A stretch of DNA of 64,000 bases. Source: Scenedesmus sp. PABB004 (lineage: Eukaryota). Within the stretch, counting starts at the first letter, position 1, and each line of letters begins with the position of its first letter. Both the position numbers and the translations under genes were made by a program. Below the pieces are notes generated by a model. That model ran no database searches. It saw only the letters and a list, made by a program, of their open reading frames with translations, and was not told where the DNA came from. The stretch spans positions 434,001 to 498,000 of the forward strand of contig JABVCE010000014.1 in NCBI GenBank assembly GCA_014905635.1. The letters are read 5' to 3'. Positions 11,457 to 24,079 of the stretch are shown in pieces.

Positions 11457-14400
11457 ATGGCGGCGGACGTGCACGCGCTCCAGGCGGCGCTGGCGGCGCT
11501 GCAGGCCGAGAACGCGGCACTCCTCGGTGCGGTGAGTGCGTCGAGCCCGAGCTGGGGCCGCCGCGTGCCCTTGCGCTGCTGCTTCGCTTGACGCCGCTGC
11601 CCGCCGCTGCCCGCCGCAGCTGCGCGCGGCGCAGCGCGGCGCCGCCGACAAGCGGGGCCATCTCTCCAAGTGGAACCCAGATGCGCTCGAGCAAGGCATT
11701 TTCGCGCAAGACTGGGAGCTGCGATTTTTCATTCTCACGGGTGCGGCGCGCGGGCGTTTGGCGTGCGGCGCGCCCGCCGGCGGCGGCGGCCGGGGTGGCG
11801 CCGCCGAGACGCCGCCGCCGCCGCCGTCCGCGCGCCCCTGCGCGCGCAGGCACGCTGCTGCGCTACTTCACGTCGGAGCGCGACGTCGGGCTCGCGCCGC
11901 GCGGCGTGCTCGAGCTCGCCGTGCGCGCCGCGCTGGGCGCCAAGCAGCGGCCGGGCCGCGGCAGCGCGCGGCCCGGCGCGACCGCCGCCGGCGCCGCCCA
12001 ACGCAGGACTGCAGCGTCGACGTGGAGCTGCCGCTCCATGCCACTGGGCCGTTCATCTTCCAGGTGCGCTGCTGTGCTGTGCTGTGAGGGAGGCCCCACA
12101 CCGCCAGCCTCCCCTCCGACGCGCGGCCGGCGTGCGTGCGCCGCCGCGCAAGCCCTCGAGCCCGCCGCCGCCGCTCCGCGCGCGCGCGGCGCCGCGCAGA
12201 TCGCCGACCCCGACGGCGAGTTGCTGCTGCGGCTCTCGGCCGACCGCGCGGCCGACGCGGCGGCGTGGGTGTCGGCGCTGCAGTCCGCGGGCCTGGCGGT
12301 GACCGGCGCGGAGCGGCTCGACCTGGCGGGCGGCGCGCACGGGCCCGCGGCGACCGACCGCCACCTCAGCGCGCCCCACCTGCTGGGCGGCGCGGCCGGC
12401 GCGGGCGGGCCCGCCGGCACGGGCGGGCCGCGCGCGGTGTCGGCCGTGGGCGGCGGCGCCGGCGGCGCGTGGGGCGTGCGCGCGCGCCTCGCCGCCCTGA
12501 GCCACCGCCTGCTCAGCGGGGGCTGCCGCGCCACCAGCACCACCAGCGCGCCGCGAGCAGCGTCGACAGCGGGATGTCGGTGGTGCGGCTCGCGCCGGCA
12601 GCGGCCGACGCCGCCGGCGCCGACACGGCCGACAGCGCCGACAGCGGCGGCGCCGCGCCCGCGCCCGCGCCGGCGCCGCTGCGGCTGCGCTCGGGCCCGC
12701 CGGCGCTGGGCGACGGCGGCGCGTCGGCGCGCTCGCCCTCCGCGCGCGACCTGCAGCGCCTGCTCACGGCGGGGCGGCTGAGCTCGTCGGGCGTGCTGCG
12801 CCGCGCCGCGTCGTCGCGGCGGTGGGGCACCAAGGTGGACGTCGGCGACGAGCTGCCGAGCGAGGAGGAAGAGGAGGAGGAGGGCGCGGTGGGCGACGAC
12901 GCCGGCGCGCTCGGCGAGGCGCCCGCGCCGCGCGAGGCCAGCCTGGCGCCGCAGGGCGCGCCCGCGCTGCGCTCGGCGTCGCTGTCCTTCCGCACGCCCT
13001 CGCTCGCGCCGCGCCAGCCGTCGCTCGCCTTCCGGCAGGGCTCGCTGCTGCTGCGGCAGCCGTCGGCCGCGCCGACGCCGGCGTCGGCGCCGCCGTCGGC
13101 GGCGCCGTCGGCGGCGGCGTCGCCGCGCGCGAGCCTCGCGGGCGGCGCCGCGCCGCGGCCGCGGCGGCCGCCCATGGACGGCGCGTCGGCGGTGCACGTC
13201 GGCGTGCGCGACTCGATCCTCACCGACGGCGCGTCGGGCCTGGTGCGCGCGGAGGGCCTGCTCACGCTCGGCGTCGTCGTCCTGGCCGCGACCAACATCA
13301 GGCGAGCCGGCCACCACCTCGCCTTCTGGGCCGCGCCGCGGGGGGCGGAAGGGAGGGGGCACGCGGCGCGCGCGGCGGCGCGCGCGCGCGCGGGGCGCCC
13401 GTGCCCGCTCGCTGCTGAGCCGTGCCTCGCCAACGCCGCCCCCCTGTGCCACCACCACGCCACTCCAGGATGGTCATCAGCAACCTGCTGCAGTACGGTC
13501 TGCGCCTGCGGCTGCCCAACCCCGCGAGCCTGTCGGCGGCGCTGCACGGCCCGACCGCGCCCGACGACGCGGTCACGCTCGCCGCGCTGCCGGCGACCGT
13601 GCTGGCCGCCGCCGCGGTCGCGCTCGCCATCGAGCAGCTGGGCGCCTGGCTGCTGCGCCGCGAGCAGCAGGTGGGCGCGGCGGCGGCGCGGCGGGCGCGC
13701 GCCCGCCGACGCGCGCCCTGCCTGCCCACGCGCGCCCCGCCGCCTGCCTGCCCACGCGCGCCCCGCCCGCCCGCGCGCGCACGCCCCGCCCCGCCCGCCT
13801 GCGCGCGCGTTTGCGCAGCTCTGGGCGGCGCAGGCCAAGAAGGAGGCCCCGCCCGGCGACGCGCTCGCGGCGGCCGAGGCCGCGGCCGCGGCCACCGAGC
13901 GCGGCATGCTCGCGGCAAACCTGGCCAACGTGTCTGCGGCGCTCCTCGCGCCGTGCGCCCTCGTGCTCAGCAACCAGGCGCGCCCGGGGCACCGCGCGCC
14001 CGCGGCCGGCGGCGCCCGCACCCGCGCAGGCGTCGCTGCTGCCTGCGTCCGCGCTGCCCCCGTGGCCGGCGCACCCACCGCGGCGGCTGGCGCGCCCGCG
14101 CAGGCGTCGCTGCTGCCCGCGTTTGCGCTGACGGCGACGGCGATCGTGCTCGCGATGAAGCTGGCGGCGTACGCGCACTGCAACACCACGCTGCGCCGTG
14201 CCGCGCGCGCGGCGGCGCGCGAGGCGCTCGACGGCGCCGACGCCGACGCCGCCGCCGGCGCCGGCGCCGCCGCGACGCCGTTTGCGGCCGCGGCCGCGCT
14301 GCCGGCGGCGTGCGCCGCGCCCGCGGGCGCCGCCGCGGCCGGGCCGCCGCCGCCGCCGCCGGCGCCCGGCGGCGTGGCGTGGCCGGGCAACCTCACCGCC

Positions 14401-16078
14401 GCTGACCTCGCCTACTTCCTCGCGGCCCCGACGCTGACGTACCAGCTCAACTTCCCCCGCCGCGCGCGCCGCCCGGGCATGCTCGCGCGCTGGGCCGCGT
14501 CAGCCGTGGCCTGCGCGCTGCTGCTCAGCTTCATGCAGGCGCGGCGCCGCCACGGCCGCCCGCACTGCGCGCTGCGCGCGCTGTGCGCTGCCGCACACCA
14601 CCACGCGCCCCCGCGCTGTTCACAACACACCGCCGCGCCGCCGGCGGCGGCCCACAGGTGCAGTTCCTGCTCCCCTGCATGGAGAGCGCGCTGGAGCCGC
14701 TGACCGGCGCGCCCGGCGCGCTGACCGGCGCGGCGCGGCCGGCGCAGTTTGTGGCGAGCCTGCTGCGCCTCGCCGTGCCCAACATCGCGACGTGGCTGTG
14801 CATGTTCGTGCTTGTGTTTCACATTTTCCTCAACCTCACTGGCGAGGCGCTCGCGTTCGGCGACCGCACCTTTTACAAGGCGCGGGGCGGGTGCACGCAC
14901 GCGGGAAAGGTTTTTGGGGCACGGGACGCGGGCTGTGGGGGCGCGGCGAGGGCGCGCCGCGGGCGCCCCCACGGGCGGCGGCGCCGCGCGCCGACGCACC
15001 GTCGTTTCCGCCGCGCAGGCGTGGTGGAACGCGGCCACGGTGGCCGAGTACTGGAAGTTGTGGAACCTGCCTGTCCACAAGGCAAGCGGGAGGGCGCGGG
15101 AGGGGTTCCTAGCGCGGCGGGCACTGCCCCCTCCCTCCCTCGTCAGCGGCCAACGAACACTTCCGCCGCGCCGCAGTGGATGCTGCGGACGATCTACTAC
15201 CCCATCGTCCGCCGGGGGGCCACCAAGACGCACGCGCTGCTCGTGGTCTTCCTCGTCTCGGCGGTGCGGCGCGCGCGTTCGCGGCGGGCGGCCGTGCGGC
15301 GCGCGCGCGCGCGGCGGGCGGCCGCCGGGGCGGCAGGCGGGGGCACGGGCGCCGGCGCGCACGCCGGCGGCGGCGAGCGCAGTGCCGGGGCCCGAGCGAG
15401 CTGACGGGGCGCGCGCGCGCCGCGCGGCGGCGCCGGCGCAGGTGATGCACGAGCTCGCGGTCGCAGTGCCAATGCGCATGCTGCGTGGGTACGCGTTCGC
15501 CGGCATGGCCCTGCAGGTGGGGCTGGGCCGGCGCGCGCGGCGCGGCGGGCGCGCGCGGCAGTCGCCCCTCCCCCGCAGCGCGCGCGCCGCGGCCGCGGAG
15601 GGCGCTGCCCGCCGCACGCCCCGCCAGCCCGCGCCCCGTCGGCCTCCGCCGCCGCGCGCGTCGCCGCCAGGTGCCGCTGATCTTCCTCACCGAGGCGCTG
15701 CGGGCGCGGCTCAAGAACGACAGGCGCGGGGCGGGGCGGGGCATGCGGGGCGCGGGGCGTGCGGGGCGCGTGGCGCGGGGCGCGCGGGGCGCGTTTGCAC
15801 CGCCACGCGCGTCGCGGCGGCGGCGGCCTCACACGTTGGGATGCCGAAAAACACGCGGTATTCCTGCATCCCGACGTTTGAGTCTGCCGCCGCCGCCGCG
15901 ACGCGCGTGTTGGGGTGGTGCGCGGCGGGCGGGGCGCCGCGCGCGCGCGCGCTCACTCGGTCGGCCGCACGCGCGCGCACGCAGCCTCGGGAACGCCATC
16001 TTTTGGGCCTCGTTCTGCGTGGTCGGCCAGCCGACCTGCCTCGTCCTGTACTACCGCGATTACTTGCGGTCTTCTTGA
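11457..16078 (+). CDS. DGAT1: Diacylglycerol acyltransferase type 1 (MBOAT) with N-terminal PH domain; about 14 exons
   Basis: PH domain: KRGHLSKW...[17 protein letters not shown]...PRGVLEL...[12 protein letters not shown]1 motifs: VH...[76 protein letters not shown] (catalytic His), GNAIFW...[11 protein letters not shown]. Confidence 0.93.
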
Positions 16079-16439
16079 GCAGTCTGCAGTCTGCAGCGGC
16101 GAGGGGCGCGCAGCACGCCGCCGCGAAGTGCCGGCGAACCCGGTGGTGCGGCAGGTCGCACGGCCGGCGCTCGGCTGAGGGTTCAGCAGCGGGAATTCAT
16201 CGCTTGCATTGCAGTCAATTGATTAGTGAGTTGACGTTGCGGCTTGCGAGCAGAGTCGACTGTGCCGCCCGTCGTCGGTTGCGCCGCTGACCGCCACGGC
16301 GGTGCAAGCGCCGCCGCCATGGGTAACTCGCCCTCCGCGCGCCACGGTGAGTCCCATCCGCAGCTCGCCGACAGCTCGCAGGCATGGCTGGCGCGTGCGC
16401 TGGCCCGTGAGCGCCAGGGGCCAGGCGACTGCGCGCAGG

Positions 16440-17525
16440 ATGGCTAGTCCCGTGCGCCGGGGTGCGGCCCTGGCGCCGGACGGCGGCGACCCGTTTGGCG
16501 AGCTGGAGCCCGCCCTCTCGCTCCCCGCGCTGCTGGCGCCAGCGAGCGGGCGCGGCGAGGCGGGGAGGCCTGCGAGCCGGCCGCTGGCGCGCGTCGCGGT
16601 GGCTGCCGGCCTCGACGACTGGAGCGGCGATGCCAGCAGCAGCGGCGGGGGCTACGCGGACAGCATCGACTGCGCCGTTGAGGTGGCGGTCGCCGGCCGG
16701 CCCGGCGTCGGGCTCGTCAAGGTGGGCTGCTGTTGCCGGCCGCCCCGGCTCGCACGGCCGCCGGCACGCAGCTCCGCGCAGCGTTTAGAGTGGCTCCCGG
16801 CGCGATCCACGCCCTGCCGCAGCGCCAGGCCCGGCAGCGCCGCCGTGGGGCGGGTAGCGGCGGTCAAGCGCGCGCGGCGCCGCTGTTGTTGGGCGCGCCC
16901 GCCTCACGCGCCGCGCCGCCGCGCCGCCCCGCCCCGCCCCCCGCACGCGCAGCCCGCCACCGCGCCGCCGCCGCGCCCGCCGCGGCGCTGGGTCCGCCGC
17001 ACGGTCGCGGCCGCCGTGCTGCTAGGCTGCGCGGTCGCGGCGGTCGTCGCGCCGATGCGCTGGGCGATCGGCCTGCAGGTCCGCCCCGCGCCGGAGCTGC
17101 AGCTGCTGCCGCCGCCGGCGCACGAGCACGTGCTGGTGTTTGCCCTCGCCGACGCCGCCGACGCGCCGGCAGCGCCGGGCGACGCGCTGCCGCCGCGCCT
17201 CGCGGCGTTGGTCACGGGCTGGCGCGCGCTGCCGAGCAGCGGCATCACGGTCGCGCGCTTCGCCGACCGCGGCGCGATGCGCGCCGCGCTCGCGCACCTC
17301 GCGGCCAACGCGACGGCGCTGAAGTACGCCGTGGCCGACTTTCGGCTCGACCGCGACCGCCGCGTGAGCAGCGTGGTCGACCCGATGGCGCTCTTCGAGC
17401 TCGCGCGCGGCGCGCCGCAGCGCCAGCTGCTGCACAGCGAACGGCCCCGCACCGACGCTGCCGGCGCCGGCGGCGGTGGCGGCGCGGACGGGCAGGATCA
17501 GGAGCTGGAGCAGCACGAGGCGCCC

Positions 17526-17559
<34 letters not shown>

Positions 17560-20500
17560 AGCGCGCGTGGCTGGCGGAGCGCCAGATGCTGTCCGCAGAG
17601 TGGGCGGAGCACGCGGCGGCGGAGGGCCTGCAGCAGGCTGCGCAGGAGGAGCGCCGCGAGCGCGCGGCGCACGCCGAGGCGCCGCTCGCGAGCCGCCTTG
17701 CGGCGACGCACCGGCTGCGCCTCGCGCAGCGCAAGGCGCGGCGGCGGCAGCTGCTCGCGCGGCGGCCGCCGCTCGAGGCCGTCGCGCACCTGCCGGGCAC
17801 GGCCGCGGACTTTGGCGGCGGCGGGCAGCGCGGCGCCACGCAGCAGCAGGCATCCAAGCTGCCCGGCGCGGCGCCCGCGGCGGCCGTCTCCACCGGCGGC
17901 GGCAGCAGCAGCGGCCGCGGGCTGCGCCAGTACCAGCCGCCGCCGCCGCCGGCGGTGCCGCAGCCGCACCAGCGGCCCTCCCTGTACGCCGTGCAGCGCG
18001 GCGGCAGCGGCGTGGCGTGGCACCTCGCGCACCCCGCGCTGCGAGCGCGCGACGCCTGGGCGGTCACCTTTGGTGCGCGCGCCGCGCAGCGCGGCGCGGC
18101 GCGCCTGACGGCGCGCGCGGCCCCTGCAGCCTTGTCGCCGCTGCACACGCTGCCCCCTCCCTCCCGCGCAGGCTCTGACGACCTGGTCGTCGCGGTGCTG
18201 GACACCGGCCTGGAGCTGAGCCACGGCGGCGCGGGCGCAGCCGCGTGGGCCAACCCGCGCGAGGTCGCTGGCGACGGGCTCGACAACGACGGCAACGGTG
18301 AGGGGCGCTGCACCGCCCACACGCGCGCGCGCGCGCCCGCGCGCGCCTGCTGCGGCGGGCTGCGGCACGCGCGCGAGCCCCGACGCCTCCCTCGCGTGCG
18401 CCGTCGCCGCCATCCTCGTGCCGCATGTGCGCAGGGTTTGTGGACGACGTGATGGGCTGGGACTTTGGCGGCGGCTGCGCCGACGCGGCGTGCACGCGCT
18501 GCGCGCCCGGGCCCGACCCGACCGACACGACGGGGTGGGGCACGCACGCGGGCAGCCTCGTCGCGGCGCAGCCCGAGGTCGCGGCCGGCAGCGCGGGCGT
18601 CGCGCCGGGCGTGCGGCTGATGGTGCTGAAGGTGGCCGACTGCCGCGGCGGCGCGCCGCTCGGCGACGCGCTCGCGGCGCGCCTCGCGGCCGCGGGGCCG
18701 GGCGGCGCCGCGCTGCGCGACGGCGCCGACGGCGCGGGGCCGCTGCTGCTCGGCAGCGCGGCGGTGGCGGCGCTCGACTATGCGGTGCTGAACGGCGCGC
18801 ACGTCGTGCTCGCCGGCTGGACGGCCGGCGGCGTGGTCGAGCCCGACGGCGACGCCGCCGGCGCCGACGAGGCGCAGCAGTGCGCGCTCGGCGCCGCGGG
18901 CGTGGCGGCGCTCGGCGGCGGCGCGCCGCCCGGCGGCTGCGTCGCGGCGGCGCAGCGGCTGCTCTTCCTGGACGCGCTCGCGTCGCTGGAGGCGGCGGGC
19001 ATGCTGCTCGTGACCTCAGCGCCCGGCAGTGCCGGCGGCGCCCCCGCTGCCGCCACCAGCGACGCGCCCGCCGGCGGCGGCGGCCCCTCGCCCGCGCCCG
19101 CGCCCGCGCCCGCGCCGGCCGCGGCGCCGCCGCTGCCGTGCGCGCTCGGGCGCGAGCTGGCGTCGGTGCTGTGCGTGGCCGCGTCAGCGCGCGTGGTGAG
19201 CGCCGAGCCGGTCGTCGCGGCGCTGCCGGCGCTGGCCTACTTCGAGCCGCTCATCTATGGCATGTCAGTCAACGCGTCGCTGCCGGTCAACGTGACCAAC
19301 GAGGACGGCGTCGCGCTGCCGGCGCGGCTCAGCAACGACCCCGGGGCGGCCCCGGGCGAGCCGCGCTCGGGCGGCGGCGCCGGCGGGGACGCCACGGGCG
19401 GCGCGCCGGGCGCGCAGCTGCTCGCGCCCGGGGTCAACCTCATGGGCGGCTGGGCGTGGGGCAGCCACGCGGTCGTGTCGGGCGGCTCGGCCGCCGCCGC
19501 GGTCGCGGCCGGCGCCGCCGCGCTCGCGTGGTCGGCGCTGGGCGAGGCGCTCGGCGGGGAGGCGAGCGCGCGCGCGCACGAGGGCCTCGGGCCCCTGGTG
19601 CGGGCGGCGCTGCTCAACGGCGCGGCGACGCCGCCGGGCGGCGGCCCCGGCGAGCTCAACCTGCTCGCCGCGATGGCGCTGGCGGGCAACCACACGGGTG
19701 CTCGGCGCGGCGCTGTGGGGCTGCCGCGTGTTGTCGCCAGGGCGCCCCCTGGCCTTGTTGCCCCCGCGCAAGCCGCCCAACGCCGCCGCCGCACACGCGC
19801 CCGCGCCCGCAGGCCCGCTCACGCTGCGCCCCGCGTCGCTCACGCCCGCGCTGACCGTCGCGGCGCCGGGGCTCACGCTGAGCTGGCACATCTCGAGCGA
19901 GGCGTCGGGGCCGTTTGACACGCCCGCGATGGCCTTCGTCTCGCGCCGCGCGCTGCCGCCGCCGGCCTTCCCCCTGTCTGACTGGGACTTCAGCGGCTCC
20001 ACATCCCTCGTGGAGGTGGCCGGCTACGTCGGCGTGGACGCGCCGGGCAACTACTCGTTTGCGGCGATTGGAGAGGACAAGTTCGTGCTCTGGCTGCAGG
20101 ACAAGTGGCTCGGCATGCGCCGCGCGGGCGGCGCCGCGGCCGGCGCGGGGCTGCCGCCCGACGCGTGGGCCGCGCCCGTCGCGTTCTCCGCGCCGGGTGA
20201 GCTGCGGCGGGCGCGGCCCGCGCGCGGCGCGCGCGCGCGCGCGCGCGCGCCTGCACGGCCCCCCACACGAGCCCGCTCGACCGCGCCCACCGCCGCGCCG
20301 CAGGCTGGTACAAGCTGCGCCTGATCGTGTATGCCCCCGAGGGCCCCAGCTTCGACCTGCTCTGGCTGCCCCCCGGCGCCGCGCGCTACGCCCGGCCGGC
20401 GCCGCTGTACAGCTTTGGCGCCGCGCAGCCCGTCCCGCTGCAGCTCGCGGAGCTGGCGAGCAGCCGCATGCTGTCCCACGGCGAGCTCGAGACGATCACG

Positions 20501-23008
20501 CCAAAGAGGAGCCGCGGCGGCGCGTGCGCGGCGGCGAGCCGCGTGAGCGAGGAGCTCGGCGGCGGCGGCGGCAGCGCGGCCTGCGACGGCGCCGCGCTGC
20601 TCCCCGGCACGCGCGCCGTGCCGGCGGCCGCCATGTTCGGCGGCGCCGGCGAGCAGGTGGCGGAGCCGCGCGGCGGCGACGGCGTGGCCGCCGACCCCGC
20701 GGCGCTGCCGGCGCCGGGCGGCGCGTCGCCGCTGCCGGAGGGCCCGGGCACCAGCCCTGCCGCCGGCAGCGGCGGCGCCGCCGCCGCCGCCGCTCCCGCC
20801 GCCGCCCCGGACGCGCTGCAGAGCGGCGGCGACCTGACCAGCCCGCCGGACGAGGGCCGCGGCGCCGGCGCGGGCGGGGGCGTGGACCCAGGCTTTGGCG
20901 CGTCGCCGTACGCAGGCGCCGGGCTCGCGCCCGCTGGCGGCGTCGACGCGGTGCAGCCGGCGGCGGCACAGGCCGGCGCCGCCGACGCGGCGGCGGCCGC
21001 CGCGCCGCAGCAGGCGGGCGCTGGCGGCGACGCGGCGGTCGGCGCGGGCGGCGCCTATGGCGGCGGCTGGGGCGACGCCTGGGGGGGCCTGGGCAGCCTG
21101 GGCAGCAGCCTGGGCAGCTGGTTCAGCGGCCTCGGTGGCATGTTTGATTTTTTCAGTCGCGGCCTCGAGCGCGGCGGCGGCGCCGCGGCGCCAGCTGCCG
21201 GAGCCGCCGCGCGAGCTGCCGGCGGCGCGGCGGGCGGCGTCCCGGCGGCGACGCGCCGCCGGCGGCTCGCCGCGGCGGCGGGCGCGCGCTGGGGCGCGGC
21301 GGGCGCGCAGCGCGCCGCGCCGCTCCCCGGCGTCTTCAGCGTCGCGCTGGCCTGGGCGGCGCCGTGGGCGTATCGCACGATCGTGCCCAGCCTGGAGCAG
21401 CTGCGCTTTGACGCGGCCGGCATCCTCCCCGGGCCTGGGCTCGGCGTGGGCAGCGGGTGGGAGCTGCAGGCGCAGCTGCTGGGCTACACCGACGGCAGCG
21501 ACGACCGCGGCGGCTACGGCCTCGCGCAGGGCTGGCTCGACTGGGGCGAGCTCAGCCCGGCCGCGCTCGAGTGGGCGCGGAGCGGCGCGGGCGAGCCCGC
21601 GCCGCCCGGGGGCGCCGGCGAGGCGCCCGGCAGCGGCCTCAGCGGCGTGCGCGTCGGCGGCGCGGGCGTGCAGTTTGAGCTCGCCTGCGCCGGCGCCGAC
21701 GGCACGCAGCAGCAGTGCGCGCTTCACGTCGACGGCGTCGCCGTGGTCGGCAGCGTCGGCGCGCCCGCGACCTCGGGCTGCGTGCTGCCTGCGCGGCGCG
21801 CGCTGCCGGGCGGCGCCGACCCCGGGTCCGCGCAGCCCGACCACCTCGCGCACGTGGAGCTGATGTTTGCGACGCGCGACGTGCGCGCGGCCGCGCTGGC
21901 CGTGCGCGCGCGCGCGTGCGTGGTCACGCCCGACGGCGGCGCCGCGCTGCCGCCGGGCGGCGCCGCCGGCTTTGCGCCGCTCGCCGCCGCGGGCGGCGCG
22001 TCGGGGCTGGGCCTCTCGGCGGCCGCGGTCGCGGCGGCGGGCGACGCGGACGTGCCGGGCGGCTTTGTGCGCGGCATGCTGTGCACCGTGCGCGCGACGC
22101 TGCCGCCGCCGGCCGCGCCGGCACCGGGCGCGCGCGGCAACGCGAGCGACAGCGACGCGGGCGGGGGCGCCGGCGGCGGCGGCGGCACGGCCACCGCGGC
22201 GGCGCCGGCCACGCTGACGCGGTCGGTGCTGCTCTCGCCCGAGGCGCTGCGCGCGGCGGCGGCCCCCACCGACACCACGCCGCCGCTGCCCGGCGGCGGG
22301 CAGCTCTGGAGCGGCGGCAACTTCTCGGCGGCGGTCGAGGCGACCGTGCGCGCGGTCGCGAGCACGCCCGGCATCGCGGTCGCGGCGCTCGCGCCCGACT
22401 GGGCGGCGGAGCTGCCGCGCGGCACGGGCTTTGGCCTCACCTGCGCCGCCTTCTGGAACGGCAGCTGGGGCGGCGGCCTCGCGGTCGGCGTCGGCGCGGG
22501 CAGCGCTGGCGCGGCGGGCGTGTTCCTGGCGGGCTGGCCGCTCGCGGCCGCGCCGCTGCTGCCGAGCATGGGCCCGAGCGACGTCGAGGTCACCGACTAC
22601 TCCACCTGGGCGCAGCGCCAGGCGCTCATCAGCGGCAGCGCCTCGGCCGACGCGGCGCGCTGGCGCGCGGGCGTGGAGGCGGGGCTCGGCGGCGGCGCGC
22701 CCGACGCGGCGGCCGCGGCCGCGGCCGCGGCCGGCGGCCGCGTCGGCGCGGCCGCGCTCGGCTTCCGGCCGCTGCTGCTCGACGGCCCCGCCCCCTTCCC
22801 GCTCGGCCGGCTCGACGGCGCGCCCGGGCGCGGCGTGCCGAGCCACGCGGGCTGGGCGCAGCTGCTGGTCGTGCGGGGCGAGGGCATGGGCGCCGGCGGG
22901 CGCGTCGTCGTCGTCGCCGACGCGGAGGGCGCGAGCGAGGCGCGGCCCGGCGCGCCCACCGCCAAGGGCTGGATGCCGGGCGAGTTTGACGCCTGGGTGC
23001 CGCGCTAG
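16440..23008 (+). CDS. Large membrane-anchored subtilisin-like (S8) protein with a PA14-like domain; catalytic triad degenerate
   Basis: TM/signal anchor VAAAVLLGCAVAAVVA. S8 motifs: VVAVLDTG, WANPREVAGDGLDNDGNGFVDDVMGWDF, GWGTHAGSLVAA, GVAPGVRLMVLKV, LLAPGVNL, VSGGSAAAAVAAGAAAL. PA14-like segment: AGYVGVDAPGNYSF...LWLQDKW...GWYKLRL. A long terminal exon runs 20327-23008. The start codon is uncertain. Confidence 0.8.
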
Positions 23009-23332
23009 CCGCTGATGATACGGGCGCTCCGGGGGGCTCTCGCGCGCACGCGCAAACTCGCACACACACACAAACACTGGGCACCGGCGATTCGCTGGCG
23101 ATTCGCCGCGGAGCGGGTGCACTGGGCAGCGGGACTTGGTGTCAGGGGAGACAACGTGCAGGGGCCCTGTGCCTCGAGGGAGCACTCACACCGCGGGCGC
23201 TGGAGGGGCATTGCGCTGCGTCAGGGGAGACATTGTGCAGGGGCCCTGCCGCACGGGAGCGCGTGCGGGTGGGCCGGCCTCGTGGCCTGCCTGAGGGCTT
23301 TTGTCATGCTGGTCAAACAAACGTTGACCGAT

Positions 23333-24003
23333 GTGACGACCTTGCTGGGCGACGCCAGCGCGGGCAGGGGGCTGTCCTCGGCTGCAACTAGGCTAGCCTG
23401 CTCCCCGCCGACGGCCGGCGCGGCCTCAGCCATGGTCATGCGGCGGGCGGCGGGGCTGCGCGGCGCGCCGCTGCCTCTCTGCGAGCCCGCGGGTGTGGAG
23501 GGTGTGCCCGCGCGCGCCGGCCGGCGAGGCGCTTGGTCAGGGGCGGTGACGCTCGTAACACGCGCGTACCAGGGCGCCGCTGCGGCGCGCGCGCTGCCCC
23601 TGCCCGGCCACGCGGCGCCCCCGGCCGCCGGCAGGCGCAGCGGGCTCGCCCGCGGCCACCCCGGGCGCAGCACGGCGGGGCAGCGGGCGTCATCGGCGAT
23701 CGCCGGGTGCGCCTCTCGCGTGAGCTGCCGCGCGTGCGCCTGGGACTGGCGGCGACCGCGTTGCACGGCCCGCGGCCGTGTGCTCGACGCCGCCAGCCGG
23801 CGGGCCGTCGCCACGCAGGCGCCGCCGGCGCGCAGCCGCGAGGCGCGGGCCGCGCAGAGCGCACAGCGCTGCGCCGCCGCGGGCGCCGAGGTCCGGCGAC
23901 GATGCGCGGACGCTCGTTATGCAGGCGGCAACCATCGCCGGCCACCAGCCCGAGGCGCGCCTGCCGGCGTGCGCATGAGGGGCCGCCGCGCCGCGCCCGC
24001 GCC
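23333..24003 (-). repeat. Inverted duplicate (copy A) of 29080-29754: upstream region plus first ~36 codons of the RRM gene
   Basis: The reverse complement aligns to 29080-29754 with scattered substitutions and small indels. It encodes MTMAEAAPAVGGEQASLVAAEDSPLPALASPSKVVT, the same as the RRM gene start. Confidence 0.93.
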
Positions 24004-24079
24004 CACGCTCCGCCAACACCCCCCCCCCCCCCCCAGCCGTGCGACAGCTGCGCCGCGCGCGCCCCGCTCCGCGCCGCCG

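Noticed and set aside
16319..16447. MGNSPS... short ORF as a myristoylated N-terminus or uORF of the subtilase-like gene
   Set aside because: The splice I tested did not join it in frame to the main ORF, and there is no other support.
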